64,000 bases of DNA from Lama glama (lineage: Eukaryota): contig CM052816.1 of NCBI GenBank assembly GCA_028534125.1, positions 98,148,001 through 98,212,000 of the forward strand, written 5' to 3'. Shown here piece after piece: positions 46,621 through 59,884 of this stretch. Below the pieces are notes generated by a model. That model saw only the letters and a list, made by a program, of their open reading frames with translations. It ran no database searches and was not told the origin of the DNA. Both the position numbers and the translations under genes were made by a program. Numbering within the stretch: the stretch's first letter is position 1; each line of letters begins with the position of its first letter.

Positions 46621-49600
46621 CTGGCCACTTTTGCTGGTGTAGTATCCACTTCCTACTTTCATTCTCAGCTGAAGGAACCCGAGCATTTTCCCATGAGATT
46701 CCGGCAGATCACAGCAAGTTGGCTTCCCCTTGGTGCGGCTGGGAGCGCTGTCGTGGGCTCCCTGGGCCACTGTTAGTGCGCCCCTTCATGTCGACGACAT
46801 GTGCTCGGGGACCCCCAAGTCCACACTGCTTTTCAGTGTTCAGGTCTCTCCTCCTTGGTTATTTCCAGGGGCTAAACACAAGTTAAAAGCAAGGTCTTCA
46901 GATTCTATGTCATAGAAAATATTGTCATTCTATAGTTCAACCCCGCTGCCCCCACCCCCAAATCTGCTTGCTTCTGGTAATAGTCACGCACCCCAGCCAG
47001 CTGTGAGAGTGCCTCTCACCTTGCAAACGCCCCTGAACGTGAAGGGCACTGTGACGGGAATGTTAGTTAAATTTCTGAATTGGTGGCTCTGGGGGGAACT
47101 TGCATGATCCCGGGGGGACCACTGAGAGTCCCTACCACGTCCCCCAGTCTCTGTGAGATGCTCCTTCTAGCGAAACATGTCAGAAGAAGAAAACTTACAA
47201 GTCTTTTAACCGCAGTCCAGAATAGGGACAGAAGACCATCATGCGAAGTCCCTGCAAATCCTTCCCACTCGTGAGCAGGTGTCACTCGAGCAGGTCCCCT
47301 TTGTCCTTGTCCTTGTCGCTCAGACTGCAGCTTAGTGAATATGCATCAGAGGAAGTTTGCCTGTTTGGAAGGAATACAACGTCATCTTTGACTCTATCCA
47401 AGACCTTATTTATTGAATACCCGCTAGGCACTGGGTACAAAGCCATCTGCTAGAGATGCAAAGGTGAGTCGAAACCTCCTTGGCGAGCTCTCAGTCCACC
47501 TACAGTGAAGCCAGACACCCCCACTCCGTATACATTTAATGCAAGGCGATTGTGGTGTGAAGGGATAGGACAGAGTGCCGGAGAAACTTCACTGTTCAGG
47601 GCCAGGGAAGGAAGACTAGAGCCTGAAAAATGTCTAGACTTCAAAAATCAAAAACAAAACTAGCAGACCACTGAGAAACCTACTGCCTGCACATGCCTGT
47701 TGATTTGGAGTAGCCTGTAGCGCCCACAGACGTGTTCAGCATTCCTGACGTGCATCGCCCCACACGACCTGGGGTAAGTGGGATATCCACTTACTCCCAG
47801 AAACAAGGGCTTCACAGGAAGCACGGAGTGGAGGAGTCGTGGTCATGACTGCTAAAGAGGGAAGTCTGGGACAAAATAGCCCCAACAAAATTGTCCTACT
47901 GGAGTGTTGGTTGTAGCCATTCTACTATGTCTGAGTTTTTTCACTTAAACTTTATATCAAAAACATCTCAATCGTCAAGAATCTAAATTAGAACATTATA
48001 GACATTGGAGTCTTTTTCTATTTGCACATCTTGTGCCTCCTCTGGACGGAGGTTTGGTTTCTTTCCCATGTGTCTCCAAACCTAGCCTGATGCCTGGAAC
48101 ACTGTAGGCACTGAGTAAGTGCAGCACATGAAAGACTGTCTGGTTCCTCAAAAGGTACTGGGCAGGGTGCCAGGAAAGATGGTCTGTAGAATTTGCTTAA
48201 TAAATGACTTGAGTCTAATGGAAGGCTGGAAGAGTCCATAGGAAACACCCAGACACACACACACATACACGCACCCCTCTCACACACACCTGTTTTGGAT
48301 TCAACTTTGAAGTCTTAGCAACTGTGAGCAATGGACAATCGTGTCTGGAAGACCGCTTGGTGCTTTGTCAGCCAAGATCACTAGGATTTTCTTCATTCCA
48401 GAGTGCGGAGTTCAGATTGGATGTTGTTCCACAGAAACTTATCTATTCATGTTATAAGCAGACGCATTTTCCTTCCACCTCTTGGAACAATTCATTTCCC
48501 AGGCAAAGTTGTACTTCCTTTTTTGAGCTCAACCTACTTGCATAAGTATTAACAAATGTATCTGGTGGTTCTTATGGGACATCTATCTTCTTACACAAAA
48601 CTGCTGGAGCAGTCTCCCAACTCTCAGGTGCATGTGTTTAATAACACACTGCAACTGACTATGCTTCAATAAACAAAAAGCTGTCTCATTTCAACCTTTT
48701 GAATGGAGAGATATTCTTGCAATTATTGTGCACTTTTTTCCTGATTCTGTCACTAAGTTGACAGTGTGTCTGTACATAATTGTGACTTTCAATCAAGGAA
48801 TTTTGTCCTTTCCAAAAAATTGCTTCTATAAAGAGGCACAGCTGATGGAGAAAGATGCTTTTTCCAATTGTCTTGACGTGGGAGAAAAGTGACTTGGCTC
48901 TAAGGTCTTTGCCCATGGGTTGATTGTGTAATTTGGAGCAGTTGCCCATCATAAATCATAAATGCAAGGGACCACTTGCGTAATGATGCCCAGGCTCTCA
49001 GTAGTTGCATGCTTCCTCTTCTGTTCTTTGAAATATGGTGTCACAGTTGTGTATTTGCTCCACTGAAGGAATCTGGGTCAAGGAAGCAATATTGGAGAGA
49101 GCAGAACTGGAATTATGTAGACCAGATATCAGATCACACCCATTTCACTTACCAGCTGTGTGACCTTGTGATAATTACTCACCCTCTCTGAGTCTTGGCG
49201 GGGTAGGAGCAATGATTCCTACATCCCAGTCATCTGGCACTTTATAGATCGCAAATGCAGTTTTTTTCCTTCGTTCCTCCTTGGTGAGGGCACGCAGGAA
49301 GCTGTATGATTGATACTCTCCACGGTGGAGTCTACTCAGAAAGGTTCAATGATATAAGGAGACCTGAAATCAGAGAAGTACCAGAAAGGCATGGGTCAGA
49401 GACCTTCAGCTTCTGGGGCTGATCCATTTGGATGGTTCGCAAGACGACTGAGCCAATGACTCCAAAGGGACACCCTTAGGGAGAAATGATTTTCCTTCCC
49501 CCAGGGAAACAGCAGTTAGAGGAGAAAGCTCATCACAGGAGGCAGCAGTGACGAAGGGGGAGATGCAGCGTTCTCGAGTTCAGGCCTCTTAGCAGGTGTA

Positions 49601-50479
49601 AGAAAAGCAGCACCTGCTTCTGCCTGTCGACCGCTCCAGGCTTATCCCACGTGATGACGCTGTAACGGGACCCAGAGGAGTGAGAGCGATTTACAGGTGA
49701 CTGTGGGCAGAGGCTCCTTAGTCTCCTCACCCCTAGTTTGAGGCAGTCAGGATTGACAGTTTCTGCCTTGACATTTTGATGCGGGGCTCTGACCGTGGGG
49801 TGAGGTCAGCAACTCGGGGTGGGGATGCCCGTCAGCATCAGCTCCAGCATCTGTCCGCTCCAGGTACTCGTTCACCCGGGATGTGCCCCTGAGGAGTATG
49901 GAGCACAGGGATGAGGCGGGGCTTGGGGGCAGGCAGGAACAGACTCTGCAGATGCCTCTGGGCGGGGATGAGGGCCATGGCAACTCAGAGCTGGCCACGT
50001 GGGTTCTCCTGGGGAGCTGCTGATCTTCTGTGATCTCAGGCACCACTTGGCCTCTTGGCTCAGTGACTGTGCCCTTTGAATGTACTTGCTGGAAACAGAG
50101 GTCAGAACTAAAGTACAAAACAGGGGCTCTGCTGACCCCAAATGCATGAGGATTCACATGGAAGCATCTTTATTTGGTGGCAAGTCACATTCTGGTCTCT
50201 GCTTTGCTGATCTTACATTAGGTAACCCTGCACCCAATACAACTAGAATTACTTTTACATGTGGTTTAGGGGCAGGTCTATTTAGATGGAGGGGACTGGG
50301 TCTCTTGCTAGTGAGAAGACTGGAACCAGACCTGCTGTGACCTGAACCTGCCTGGCTTACTTTTGCTCTCTCCCTGTCTCAGCTTCTACCAAAGGGATCC
50401 AGTATAATCTTCAAGGCACAACTTGACAAGGAGCGTCTAGATGTTTTGAATAGCATTAAGACTATACAAATGATATTAA

Positions 50480-50720
50480 TTGTGTGTGTGTGTGTAAGAG
50501 TATGTGTGCAAGTGCATATGTGAGTGTGAGTGTACATTCGAGTGTGCATGAGTGTGTAAATGTGTCACTGGTTGTGTATCTGAGCATGTGAGCACGTGGT
50601 TGTGTGTCAGTGTGTGATATGTCTGTGTGTGAATCAGTGAGTTTGTGTGTGTGTGTTTGTGAGCTGTATGTGTCCACTTGTATGTAGGAGTGTTCCCATG
50701 CTTGGTGGTGTGTCCATGAT
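50480..50720. repeat. Degenerate TG-rich low-complexity tract
   Basis: Interrupted (TG)n/(TGAG)n runs. Confidence 0.9.
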
Positions 50721-51176
50721 TGTTCACGTAGCTGGAAAATCCCCACTAATAGGTGCATCCCCCAAATCTTATGAGTCTGAGTTTTCGTCTAGAAATAAAA
50801 TAAACATTGGATTTAATGAGGGTAGGAAGCACATCGTAGCATAGCAAACAGGTTACTATTGCATAATAATAATATGCATCACTGACCTCAAAGTATGTTT
50901 AGCTCCCACTACTTCTGGAGACTTCCCTCTGGCCACATCCAACTACAAGCTTTGGTTCATTGCAGAGTCTTGGACTTTTTCTCTAAAGAGACACACTCCC
51001 CACCCAGCCCCACCCTCCAGTCTGTCAGCAACCCTGACTTTCTCAGCAGGTTGTGTAGGGCAGTTGCATCGACCCTTGGACCATGCCCAGGGCACACCTC
51101 CCATTACCCGAAATTCTTCTCAGGTCTCCAGTTCTTCTTTGCATAATCCCACATTCTTCTTAAGGGGGTGGCCCCT

Positions 51177-51178
51177 AT

Positions 51179-51218
<40 letters not shown>

Positions 51219-51884
51219 ATTGAAGTATAGTGAGTCACAATGTGTCAATTTCTGGTGCACAGCACAATGTCAGTCATAAATATATGTATCTATAATTGTT
51301 TTCATATTCTTTTCTTTATAGATTATTATAAGATATTGACTATAGTTCCCTGTGTTATACAGAAAAATTTTGTTTTTTTATCTGTTTTACATATAGTTGT
51401 TAGTATCTGTAAATCTCAAACTCCCAATTTCTCTTCCCACCCCTTTCTCTCCATAACCGGAAGTTTGTTTCCTATGTCTGTGAGTCTGTCTCTGTTTTGT
51501 CAGTAAGTTCATTAGTGTCTTCTTCTTCTTCTTCTTCTTCTTCTTCTTTTTTTTTTTTTTTAGATTCTACATATGAGTTATATCATGTGGAATTTTTATT
51601 TCTCTTTCTGGCTTAACTTCGCTTAGAATGATGATCTCCAGTTCCATCCATGTTGTTGCAAATGGCATTATTTCTTTCTTTTTTATGGTTGAGTAGCATT
51701 CCACTGTATAAATACACAAAGCTTCTTTATTCAGTCATCTGTTGATAGACATTTAGGTTTTTCCCTGTCTTGGCTATTGTATATAGTGCTGCTATGAACA
51801 ATGGGGTGCATGTATCTTTTCAAATTTGAGTTCCCTCTAGATATATGTCCAGGAGTGGGATTGCTGGATCGTATGTTAAGTCTA
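51177..51884 (-). mobile_element. Relatively young camelid-type L1, 5'-truncated
   Basis: (TTTA)n tail, then attgaagtatagtgagtcacaatgtgtcaatttctggtg...tgtgttatacagaaaaa; internal (CTT)n/T tract; degenerate TSD ggggtggcccctattt/ggggtccctaattt. Confidence 0.9.
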
Positions 51885-54800
51885 GGGGTCCCTAATTTAA
51901 GCAGTACAAGATTACAGATGGACAGAAGTTACAGGTCTGTCTTCACCATATTGGATTAAATCTTTAGGTAGAAATGACATCCACAGGATGGAGAATGTCG
52001 TGGAACTTTTCTTGCATGTGGCAATGTCAGTAGCTCCTCAACCCACTGCCTTCTTCCTGCTGTGCCCCCTTGAGGTGGGTCAGAGGACCCCCCTCACTGA
52101 GCAGAGCCAAGGAGATGCTTTCTTGTCTCCTGGAAGCCAGGAAGCAGAATCACAGAACACAGCAGGGCTCTGGAAAAATAAAGGTGAGGTGCAACGCACA
52201 TTTCTTCCTCCGAAGGCTGGGGGAAGGTCAGAGATAAAGACACCTGGGTTCTGGGACTGAAGACCCCCATATACCAGAGGAAATGGGTGTCCTACAAGAA
52301 ACAAGAAACTCAGACAATCTCTGAGGGGAGACATAGCTCCCAGTGTGTTTCATATGTTCATGAAGCATCTTGTGAAATACTTTTTTCAAAATAGGAGAGC
52401 TTCCAATTAGCAGGATTAAAACATGTTGCAGCAAGAACTGCATTTACATCAAGACTATGAACAACGTTTGGCTTTAGTTTATAGCAACGTCTATTTTTTA
52501 TTTGGTTTTGCTTAATATCATATTTTTAGTGTTAAATGTTCCTTAATGACCTCAAAGGGTTTATTTAACAAGGAAGCACTGTTTGTACTTGAGTGGATGG
52601 TGGGGGCATAAATCCAGAGTCCTTTTGTCTTGACATTTTGGTTTGTTTTTTCAAAAATGATATGAATTTCTCCCTTATGGTATATTTAATTAATGAAGAT
52701 GGTTGTGAGCCAAAGGAAGGCTAGCACTTTCCAGAAAAGAAGACAAGGTCAACCATACTGATGGAGGCAGGAAAGGTGCTGTGCACCCCTTGGGAAATCA
52801 GAGACCACCTTCCAATCAAAAGAAACACACACAACGGAAACCGAAACATTAGAGGTTACATTCTAAGTCGTTAAGCCTCACTTCAAACGTTTCATCATGT
52901 TTGAGTATCATTACGGTACCATCATGCTGCTCGCCTAAATTGCCTTTCCTAAACACCCTGTAAACTGAGTGATCAATAGGAAAAACTTGGTATAATATAG
53001 AACGCTGTGTGCATTGGCTTCCCTAAATGTAATTCACTGCTTTGTGGTTGTGGAAACCAAGATATTTTGCTAAGGCAAATTTTCTGAACTAAAATTCAGA
53101 TGAAATAAACTGTCTCATGGTGGAAAAGGAGAAGCCTACATGCAAGTCCCATCTGATTACAGAAAGCAGGGTTTTTTTTGTTTTTTGGTTTTTTTTCCTG
53201 TGAAGTTCAGCACCAAAGAGTTTAACATTCAACAAAAGCACAGACATCATGCCAAGTTCAGCATGTTGGAAAATTTCATTTCTATTTGAAATGAAGAGCT
53301 GGTTTTAAGAGACTTGGAGGCAGCAACATATGGTATGCATGACTTGAAGTCGAGCTTTAACTCCAATACACTCAGACTTGATCCTGTAGGATTCTGGAGC
53401 CAATCACTCTCCTCCCCCCGGGTCAGACCCTAGCCACATCAAAGGTGTTTTCAAACCTAAGTAAGCAAAAGCCTTCTGGAAGGCTTGCAGACAAACACTG
53501 TCTGCTCTGAATTTCACGACTGGGAACAACCTCCATAAATTAATTTTATCTTCCTTTTGCAGGGTATGTGTAGGGCGCTAATGTGCAAAGAAACTCATTT
53601 CCCATCTTAATGAGTCTGTGAAGAGGAACAGTCCCTGTGTCTCCGTGTGTTAGTGTTAATGCACTCTTTTCTCTTGCAAATCATGAGGTCATTCAGGTTT
53701 CTTTTTAAAATAGTTTATTCTTGCTTGTTACATTTGGGAAATTGAAAAGGGACAAAATCAAGCTAATGCATTTAACTCATTTCAGTTCCAAAGGGCACAG
53801 CATCATCACTATACTTGCCTTTCCTCCTGGCAGGTCTCAACCAAGCCTGAGCGGGTTGACCAGTTCTCTTATTTCTGATAGGTAGCAGCAATCTGTTTCA
53901 CTGCCTTCTTTGTTGGGGCCAGGGTTCTGCTCCACACAGCACCCCCTTGGGGCCAGGGGCCATGCGTCCCTCGGGAACATGGTAGAGGCAGAGTCCACAG
54001 TACACTCGAGCTGGGGAGGAGAGGGTCCTAGGGACACATGTGGGGCCCTTGCTCCCCCAAGCCCTGTTTTGCCTCCTCCCCTCCTCCTTTCTCCAACCTC
54101 ACAAAGTCTGCACAGGAAGAGCATCTGAGGGGACAGTCAGCGTGTTCCCCTGTGTCTGCCCCTCACAAAGGAGAGAGATTCAAACTGAAGCTGCCAGAGG
54201 CAAGCAGATCCCTTCACCAGCCTGCAGTTCCAGAACTGAGCTTGCCCCAAGTGGCAAATCTAGCAGGAGTGAGAGGACCTTGCCCTCCCCATGGCCACTT
54301 AACTGGCCTCCAGAATGAAGCATCGACAAGTCCTCATAACCCTGTATTGAGATGGATGCGGCTGTCCCTGTGAGCAACAGGGAGCCTCCTAACTTCTTCG
54401 CCTACTGAAGAGGTCACTGTTGGGGGCACTGCGACTTTAGAGGTGGGAGTGTTTAGAGCCATGAGCGCCCCTTCCAGAGGTCCAGGCTTGTGGGGACAAG
54501 TGTGTCTGCTGTAGAGTAAGGAGACCTGATAAAATTCTCTCCTGCCCCCTTTGTGGGACATGTACATGTTTGCCTGGCGCCAGCAGGATGAGATGAGCAT
54601 GGGCCCCCAGTCCTCTAGTCGATCTGTGTTTAGGTGTAGGGTAGAGAAAAAAGCATGTGACGTGGCCCTGGTCTGCACTGAATTCTTGTAAGCAGCCTGC
54701 ACTCTCTTCTGGCTTCTGTTGCTTCTAAGATCTCTCCTTACACGCACGCAGCAGAATGCACTTGTGCTCATGTCACCGACATCCCTAACTTCTCCGGGCA

Positions 54801-55411
54801 CCGCTGACGAGGGGGCACTGGGCTGGTGGCGGTCTGCTCGGTTCAGCATTAGCCAGTCGGGGGAGATATCTCCCCCCTTCATTTTAAAGAGACAACTTGC
54901 CTCTCCAATTCAGTGAACTTTGACAAGAGATAAACAGCACGCAACTACAGGCATCTCCCTCGCAACCCTGCTGTGCTCACAGTTCACTGCTCTGTTACCA
55001 TGCATTGCTGAGGGGAGCCCCGTTTTACCTGAAACAGGGCACATTGTGTCACTTTACTGAAAAGGTGCGTATGGAAATCCATTTTTAGTGTTGAGTTTAA
55101 GAAGCGGTAGGGTTGTTTGTAAGGGACGTCTCTAAAATTACGCTTTGATTTCAGTGACTTAGGTTTCTGCACTGAAAAGGCAGTGACAGGGAGAGGAAAC
55201 AGGTCACAGCAGCAAATGATAAAACCAGCCCCTACGTGAGGGAACTGAGTAGGCCGTTCAGTTTCTACAGGAGGAAGAATTCAGAAACCCAAAGCTACAG
55301 CTACAGTCATGATCTGGGATTTACAGAGGAGCCCAGAGCAGGCTGAAGAAAAGGGGAAGAAAATGTGGCTGAATAAAGGCTGTTCAACCCTCTCCCACTT
55401 TATTCTAAGAG

Positions 55412-55942
55412 TGAGAAAATCAGCCCAGGCACCTGAACTGGCCTGATTCGATCAGCCAGGCTTTGATGTCCCCGGCTGGACACCCAGATCTTCCAGACGA
55501 GCAGGAGAGAAGCAGCTCTGGGACCCTGATGGAGCCTGAGATCACAGGACCGCTCGATAACCGTGTCTGAGCACAGACAACAACGTGGACACTGCCCAGC
55601 TGCACCCGTAACCAGAGCACCCAGTCCTGGCTGCTGGGAGTGACTGTGGTTTAGTAATTACATCTTTGGACATGCTGTATTGTTCTGATCTTCTAGATAA
55701 GGTAGTGAGACACTCAGTCATAGACTTACTCCCATCTCGACAGCATTAAATCCAGAACAAATTCCAGCTTTCTCAAAACTTCCCCAGAATCACCTGACCA
55801 GAGCTCCATTCTTACCAGTCTTTCTACCCGACTCATTCAGAGGAGCCCGCATCCTCCACAGTGCATGTTCTTCCTTGTTGCAGCAAGTCAGTAAAACTCA
55901 TTCTGCTCATCCTTAATAAGTTTTGGCTGCAAGGCACCCACA
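55412..55942 (+). mobile_element. MER90/MER110-like ERV1 LTR
   Basis: ccagacgagcaggagaagcagc; gtctgagcacagacaac; ttctagataag; gacagcattaaatccagaacaaa; ends ttggctgcaaggcacccaca. Confidence 0.7.
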
Positions 55943-56639
55943 GTTCACTGAACAGTTGTTCACACGGCGCCAGTTGCAGGCCAACATTTTGGCCAGACAC
56001 AACCCTGTCATCTTGGGTTCACCATCTACCAGAAAGTATCAACCAAGGTGAAACATGGAGGAATGAAATTGCCAGCAATGATGAGAACCAGCCTGGTCTG
56101 GGAGAGCCCTCAGGGAAAGTGATGTCATTTCTGAGACGTAGACAAATAGTGTGGGGCCGTGGTTCCCAACAGAGGACCAGCAAGGGCCAGGGCCCTGGGA
56201 TTAGAACGGAGGCCACTCTTTGAAGGTTGTGCACATAAAATGTGTAGCTGGGGGTTGGAGAGTGAGTGTGAAGCCTGTCAGGCAGGAGCTGGCACGAGAG
56301 CCACTGTCCCCACCAGACACGTCACCTGGTGGTTAGTGATTTGTGACCCGAAGATCCAGTCATTTCCCCAAAGCAGATTTTTCCCAAGCTTGACTTCTTG
56401 GGACAATCAGTCACCTGTGATTGGTCATCAATTGTTGATGTGCTAACTCATTAATATTATGGTAGGTTTTGCAGGGGAACCAAGAAAGAAATCCACCCCC
56501 TCCCATGCAGGTTTAACATCTCACCCAGTGGGTGTTATTCCCTCGTTACCCGATTCCTTCTCAGCATCCATCTTTTTGAAAAAAATAACATACTAAAAAA
56601 AATGGCCACTCAAACTTCTTCTAATTTTTCCTTCATCTT

Positions 56640-56855
56640 AAGAATAACAACATTGGCAGTGCTGTGTGCCCGGCATTCTTATAAACTTGTTTATCTGCAA
56701 AGCAACCTTAGGAAGAAGGTACTACTCAGCTTCCCATTTCACAGATGAGGAAATTGAGGCAAATAGAGGTAAAATAACCTGCCCAAGGTCGAACAGCAGT
56801 GGCTAAGCAAGGACTCGCCCCAGGCAGTCTCGCTCCAGTCTGACTTGTAACACTA
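56640..56855 (-). mobile_element. MIR SINE
   Basis: cccatttcacagatgaggaaattgaggcaaatagaggtaaaataacctgcccaaggtc. Confidence 0.88.
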
Positions 56856-57867
56856 ATAGCACCTCCTGCTCTATTTCATGTCACTTGGGCACACCCTGAA
56901 CATATAAAAAAGTTCAAGGATGTTTCAGTAACATTTTGAATTATGGCTCCATTGCTCTGTCATTATGACTCACACCTGGGACCGCTAGAAATGTCCATCC
57001 ATCCTGCTGGCCTTTAGATGGCCGTTGACAGCCAGTCAAGGTTGATTTGCTACAAACAATATCAAGCTGTTGTGCTTCGTTGATGAAGCCTTCCCCTCAA
57101 TCTTCAACTCTAGGGCCAGTACAGAAACAAGAAGCCGGATGCTGCTTCGAGATGGGTTGAGTCTCCTTCACCTCACCTCCGTCCACACGTAGAACAAGGA
57201 CGGGATACTGATCCGCCTCGCTTATCCCAGGCTATTCAAAAATCTAATGGAAGGGATTCTGTTTGAGTCCAAATGCTCTAGATATCAAGTCTTTTTTCTT
57301 TTTCGCACCAAATTATGGATAAGTTGCTTTTGAATTTCCCTCCTGACACTGAATATACTTCCTCTGAATGCTAAACTTTAAGTCATTGCTAGTAAGTCAG
57401 CTTTCACGTAAATCAGTCCTATAAAATCTGGTTTGAAAAGTTCATGACAAGTGGCAAAAAGAAGATGAAAAGGATGGTTGAAATCATATATACATTTTAT
57501 GAAAATATGTACTTAACAGAATGCATTGATTAACTTAAGGGACTAAGATATTGTCACCAAATGGAACTATTGATCCAGTGGAGACACCAGTTAGCTCTTG
57601 ATATCAGGCCCCAAGAATCAGTCCTAGCTCTGAACTTGCTGTTATATTAATGAAGAAATTTTATCCCACTGTGTATAAGACTATAGGCTACATGCCACCT
57701 ATGAGGTTTCCATCAGGGTTAAGTGAATCACCCAGAAAACTTACGTGTCAGGTGCTACACTAAGTAAGCTTAGGCTAGATTTTATACGTTTTTTTCCAAT
57801 TTGTTATTTTAAATGACAGTAAGCATGTCCCGGTGAATGATCTGTACTGTGATTTACTTTGTCTATT

Positions 57868-58356
57868 TGTTACTGAGTCCAAGCTCATACTGCTCGCCAC
57901 ACAACAGACCAACAAACCAAGAGACAAGCTGCTGGGGCAAGGAATAGTGACTTTCTTCAGAAAGTCAGCAGATCGAGAAGAGGGTGGACTAGTGTCCCAA
58001 AGAGCTGACTTGCCAGAGTTAGAATACATGCTGCTTTATACTAAAGGGGGGAGGGAGTAAAGAACAAACATTTTCTATTTCTGTTCAGCCTCTGGAGGAG
58101 ATGTATTAATTTCTTCCATCCTGCAGTCATTCCCAAGTGGGCCTGGTCAGGGTGTTTCCTGTGAGCTAAAGAAAAGGTATTTTAGCTTAACACTCATTAC
58201 CTGGGAGGCAGGGCTCCCAGAGATAGGCCATTATGTGCAATTTAAGCTTATAGGCAACATCCTCTTAGTGATTAACTTGTAGCAAAAGCAATAGAATACA
58301 AAGGTTAAAATAAAAGCATAGGTTCTGTATGGAGACATCTATTCTTCCCTATTGCA
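57868..58356 (-). mobile_element. MER41-like cetartiodactyl ERV1 solo LTR
   Basis: TG...CA ends (tgttactgagtccaagctc...ttccctattgca); matches the recalled MER41_BT-type consensus; flanks tatt/tata (near 4-bp TSD). Confidence 0.8.
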
Positions 58357-58402
58357 TATATATATATGTGTGTGTGTGTATGTGTGTATATATATATATA
58401 TA
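58357..58402. repeat. Compound (TA)n(TG)n(TA)n microsatellite
   Basis: Read directly; abuts the LTR end. Confidence 0.9.
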
Positions 58403-59149
58403 TCTTTATCTCAAGAGCCGGTTTTGGAATAGCAGTCTGATAGCAAAACTTTTGGTAGAATTCTGAGCTTCATGAAGGGAAAAATGAGAACTAAATTAAT
58501 TCTAAGGGATGATATAATAGATCAGCCCATAAAATACAAGGTTGCATTAATTTAATTTACTCCTTAGGAAATACTGGTTTGCTTCCTGAATAATTGAAAT
58601 TTTGCCTAATGTGTAATCTGCATGTGTGTGGAAATGAAGCGGAAGCACTCGTTTCAATAGGCCACCCTGGGTGGAGATCGTCCTCTGCTCTTAGACGACA
58701 GAATACCTGAATGCATAGCTGCCCCGAGCCCCTAAGGCATAATTTTCTTTTTACTTCTCAGAATGTTCTTTGTGAATTGTGCTCAGTGCTATGAAACACA
58801 AGGTTAAAACAGACTTATACATTCCTCCTCTTTTCCTGCAAAATCCCAGTAAGCATCACGGCCAGCGATGGCACGTCCCGAAAGTAGGTGAATGGTCTTT
58901 TCCCCCGGTTTATGGGCAGGAAGATGACACGGCAGAAGTTTGTCTCCTGAGGCATCTCTGCTCCAGGCTCCCGTGCGATTCGAAAGCACAATCTGATCTA
59001 ACAGTGAATCTGCCTCTAACAGTGAACATCCTCCCAGGATAAACTCCCCACTCCTCAGTAAGCAGGCAGCATCCCCCCAAGCCGGTTTCCACGTCCCCCA
59101 TCCTCCTGGAAGCTGCCTCTTGCGCACTGAGCTCGGGGGGCTCTGTGAG

Positions 59150-59495
59150 CGTCGGCTCTCAGGTCCCTCTTCTTCCACCAGGAGCTGCCCTTTCACAACA
59201 TGCTTGTTCTCGTCTCCTCAGTCTTCAAGACGCAGCTCAGCTCCCACCTCCTCCAGATGCCTTCGCGGGCACACCGGTCCGGCCAGGTGCCCCGTCCTGG
59301 TCCCTCCGGCACCTGCGAGTGCGACGCCTTCCCGCCGTGGCGTCACTGCTGTTCCCCCACCGCTGCTGCCCTTCCTAGACCGCGAGTCTGGGGGTGGCGC
59401 CAGCTGGGCTTTGGTGTCCACGACCCCCTTCTCTGACCCAGGGCTTAGCACGCAGCGCGTCAGCGAGTGTAGAAACCTGGTGGCGGGATGAACAG
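59150..59495 (+). mobile_element. L2 3' end, GC/CpG-shifted
   Basis: cttcaagacgcagctcagctcccacctcctccagatgccttc...ctagaccgcgag...cttagcacgcag is collinear with the L2 terminus. Confidence 0.7.
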
Positions 59496-59884
59496 GGAGG
59501 GGCTGGTGACCTAGGAAGCAAAAGGCTGTGTTTTAAGTGCCTTTGAAGACCAAGATTGGGTGCCTTACAGAGAAACGAGTGGGAGATGGAAAGAGTGGTA
59601 CTGTCCCTTGCCCCAACTGCACAGCCTCCCCAAGGCCAGAGCAGACGCCCAACATGCACCCTTTCCCTGCCCCTCCCTTCACTTTCTCCTCATTCCCTGC
59701 GTCTCATCCAGGTAGAGTCCAGCCAAGCTTTCAGCCCCAACGGGCTGAGCAGAGCTGCAGAATTCAGGGGCAAAGCCTCTGGATCAGGCAGCCTGGGCTG
59801 GAGCGAAGGTCCGGGAGACAAGAGATCTCAGCATCAGGTACACTGAATGATGTGTCTGTGGTTTCAGCCTTGGAGAGGCAAACT

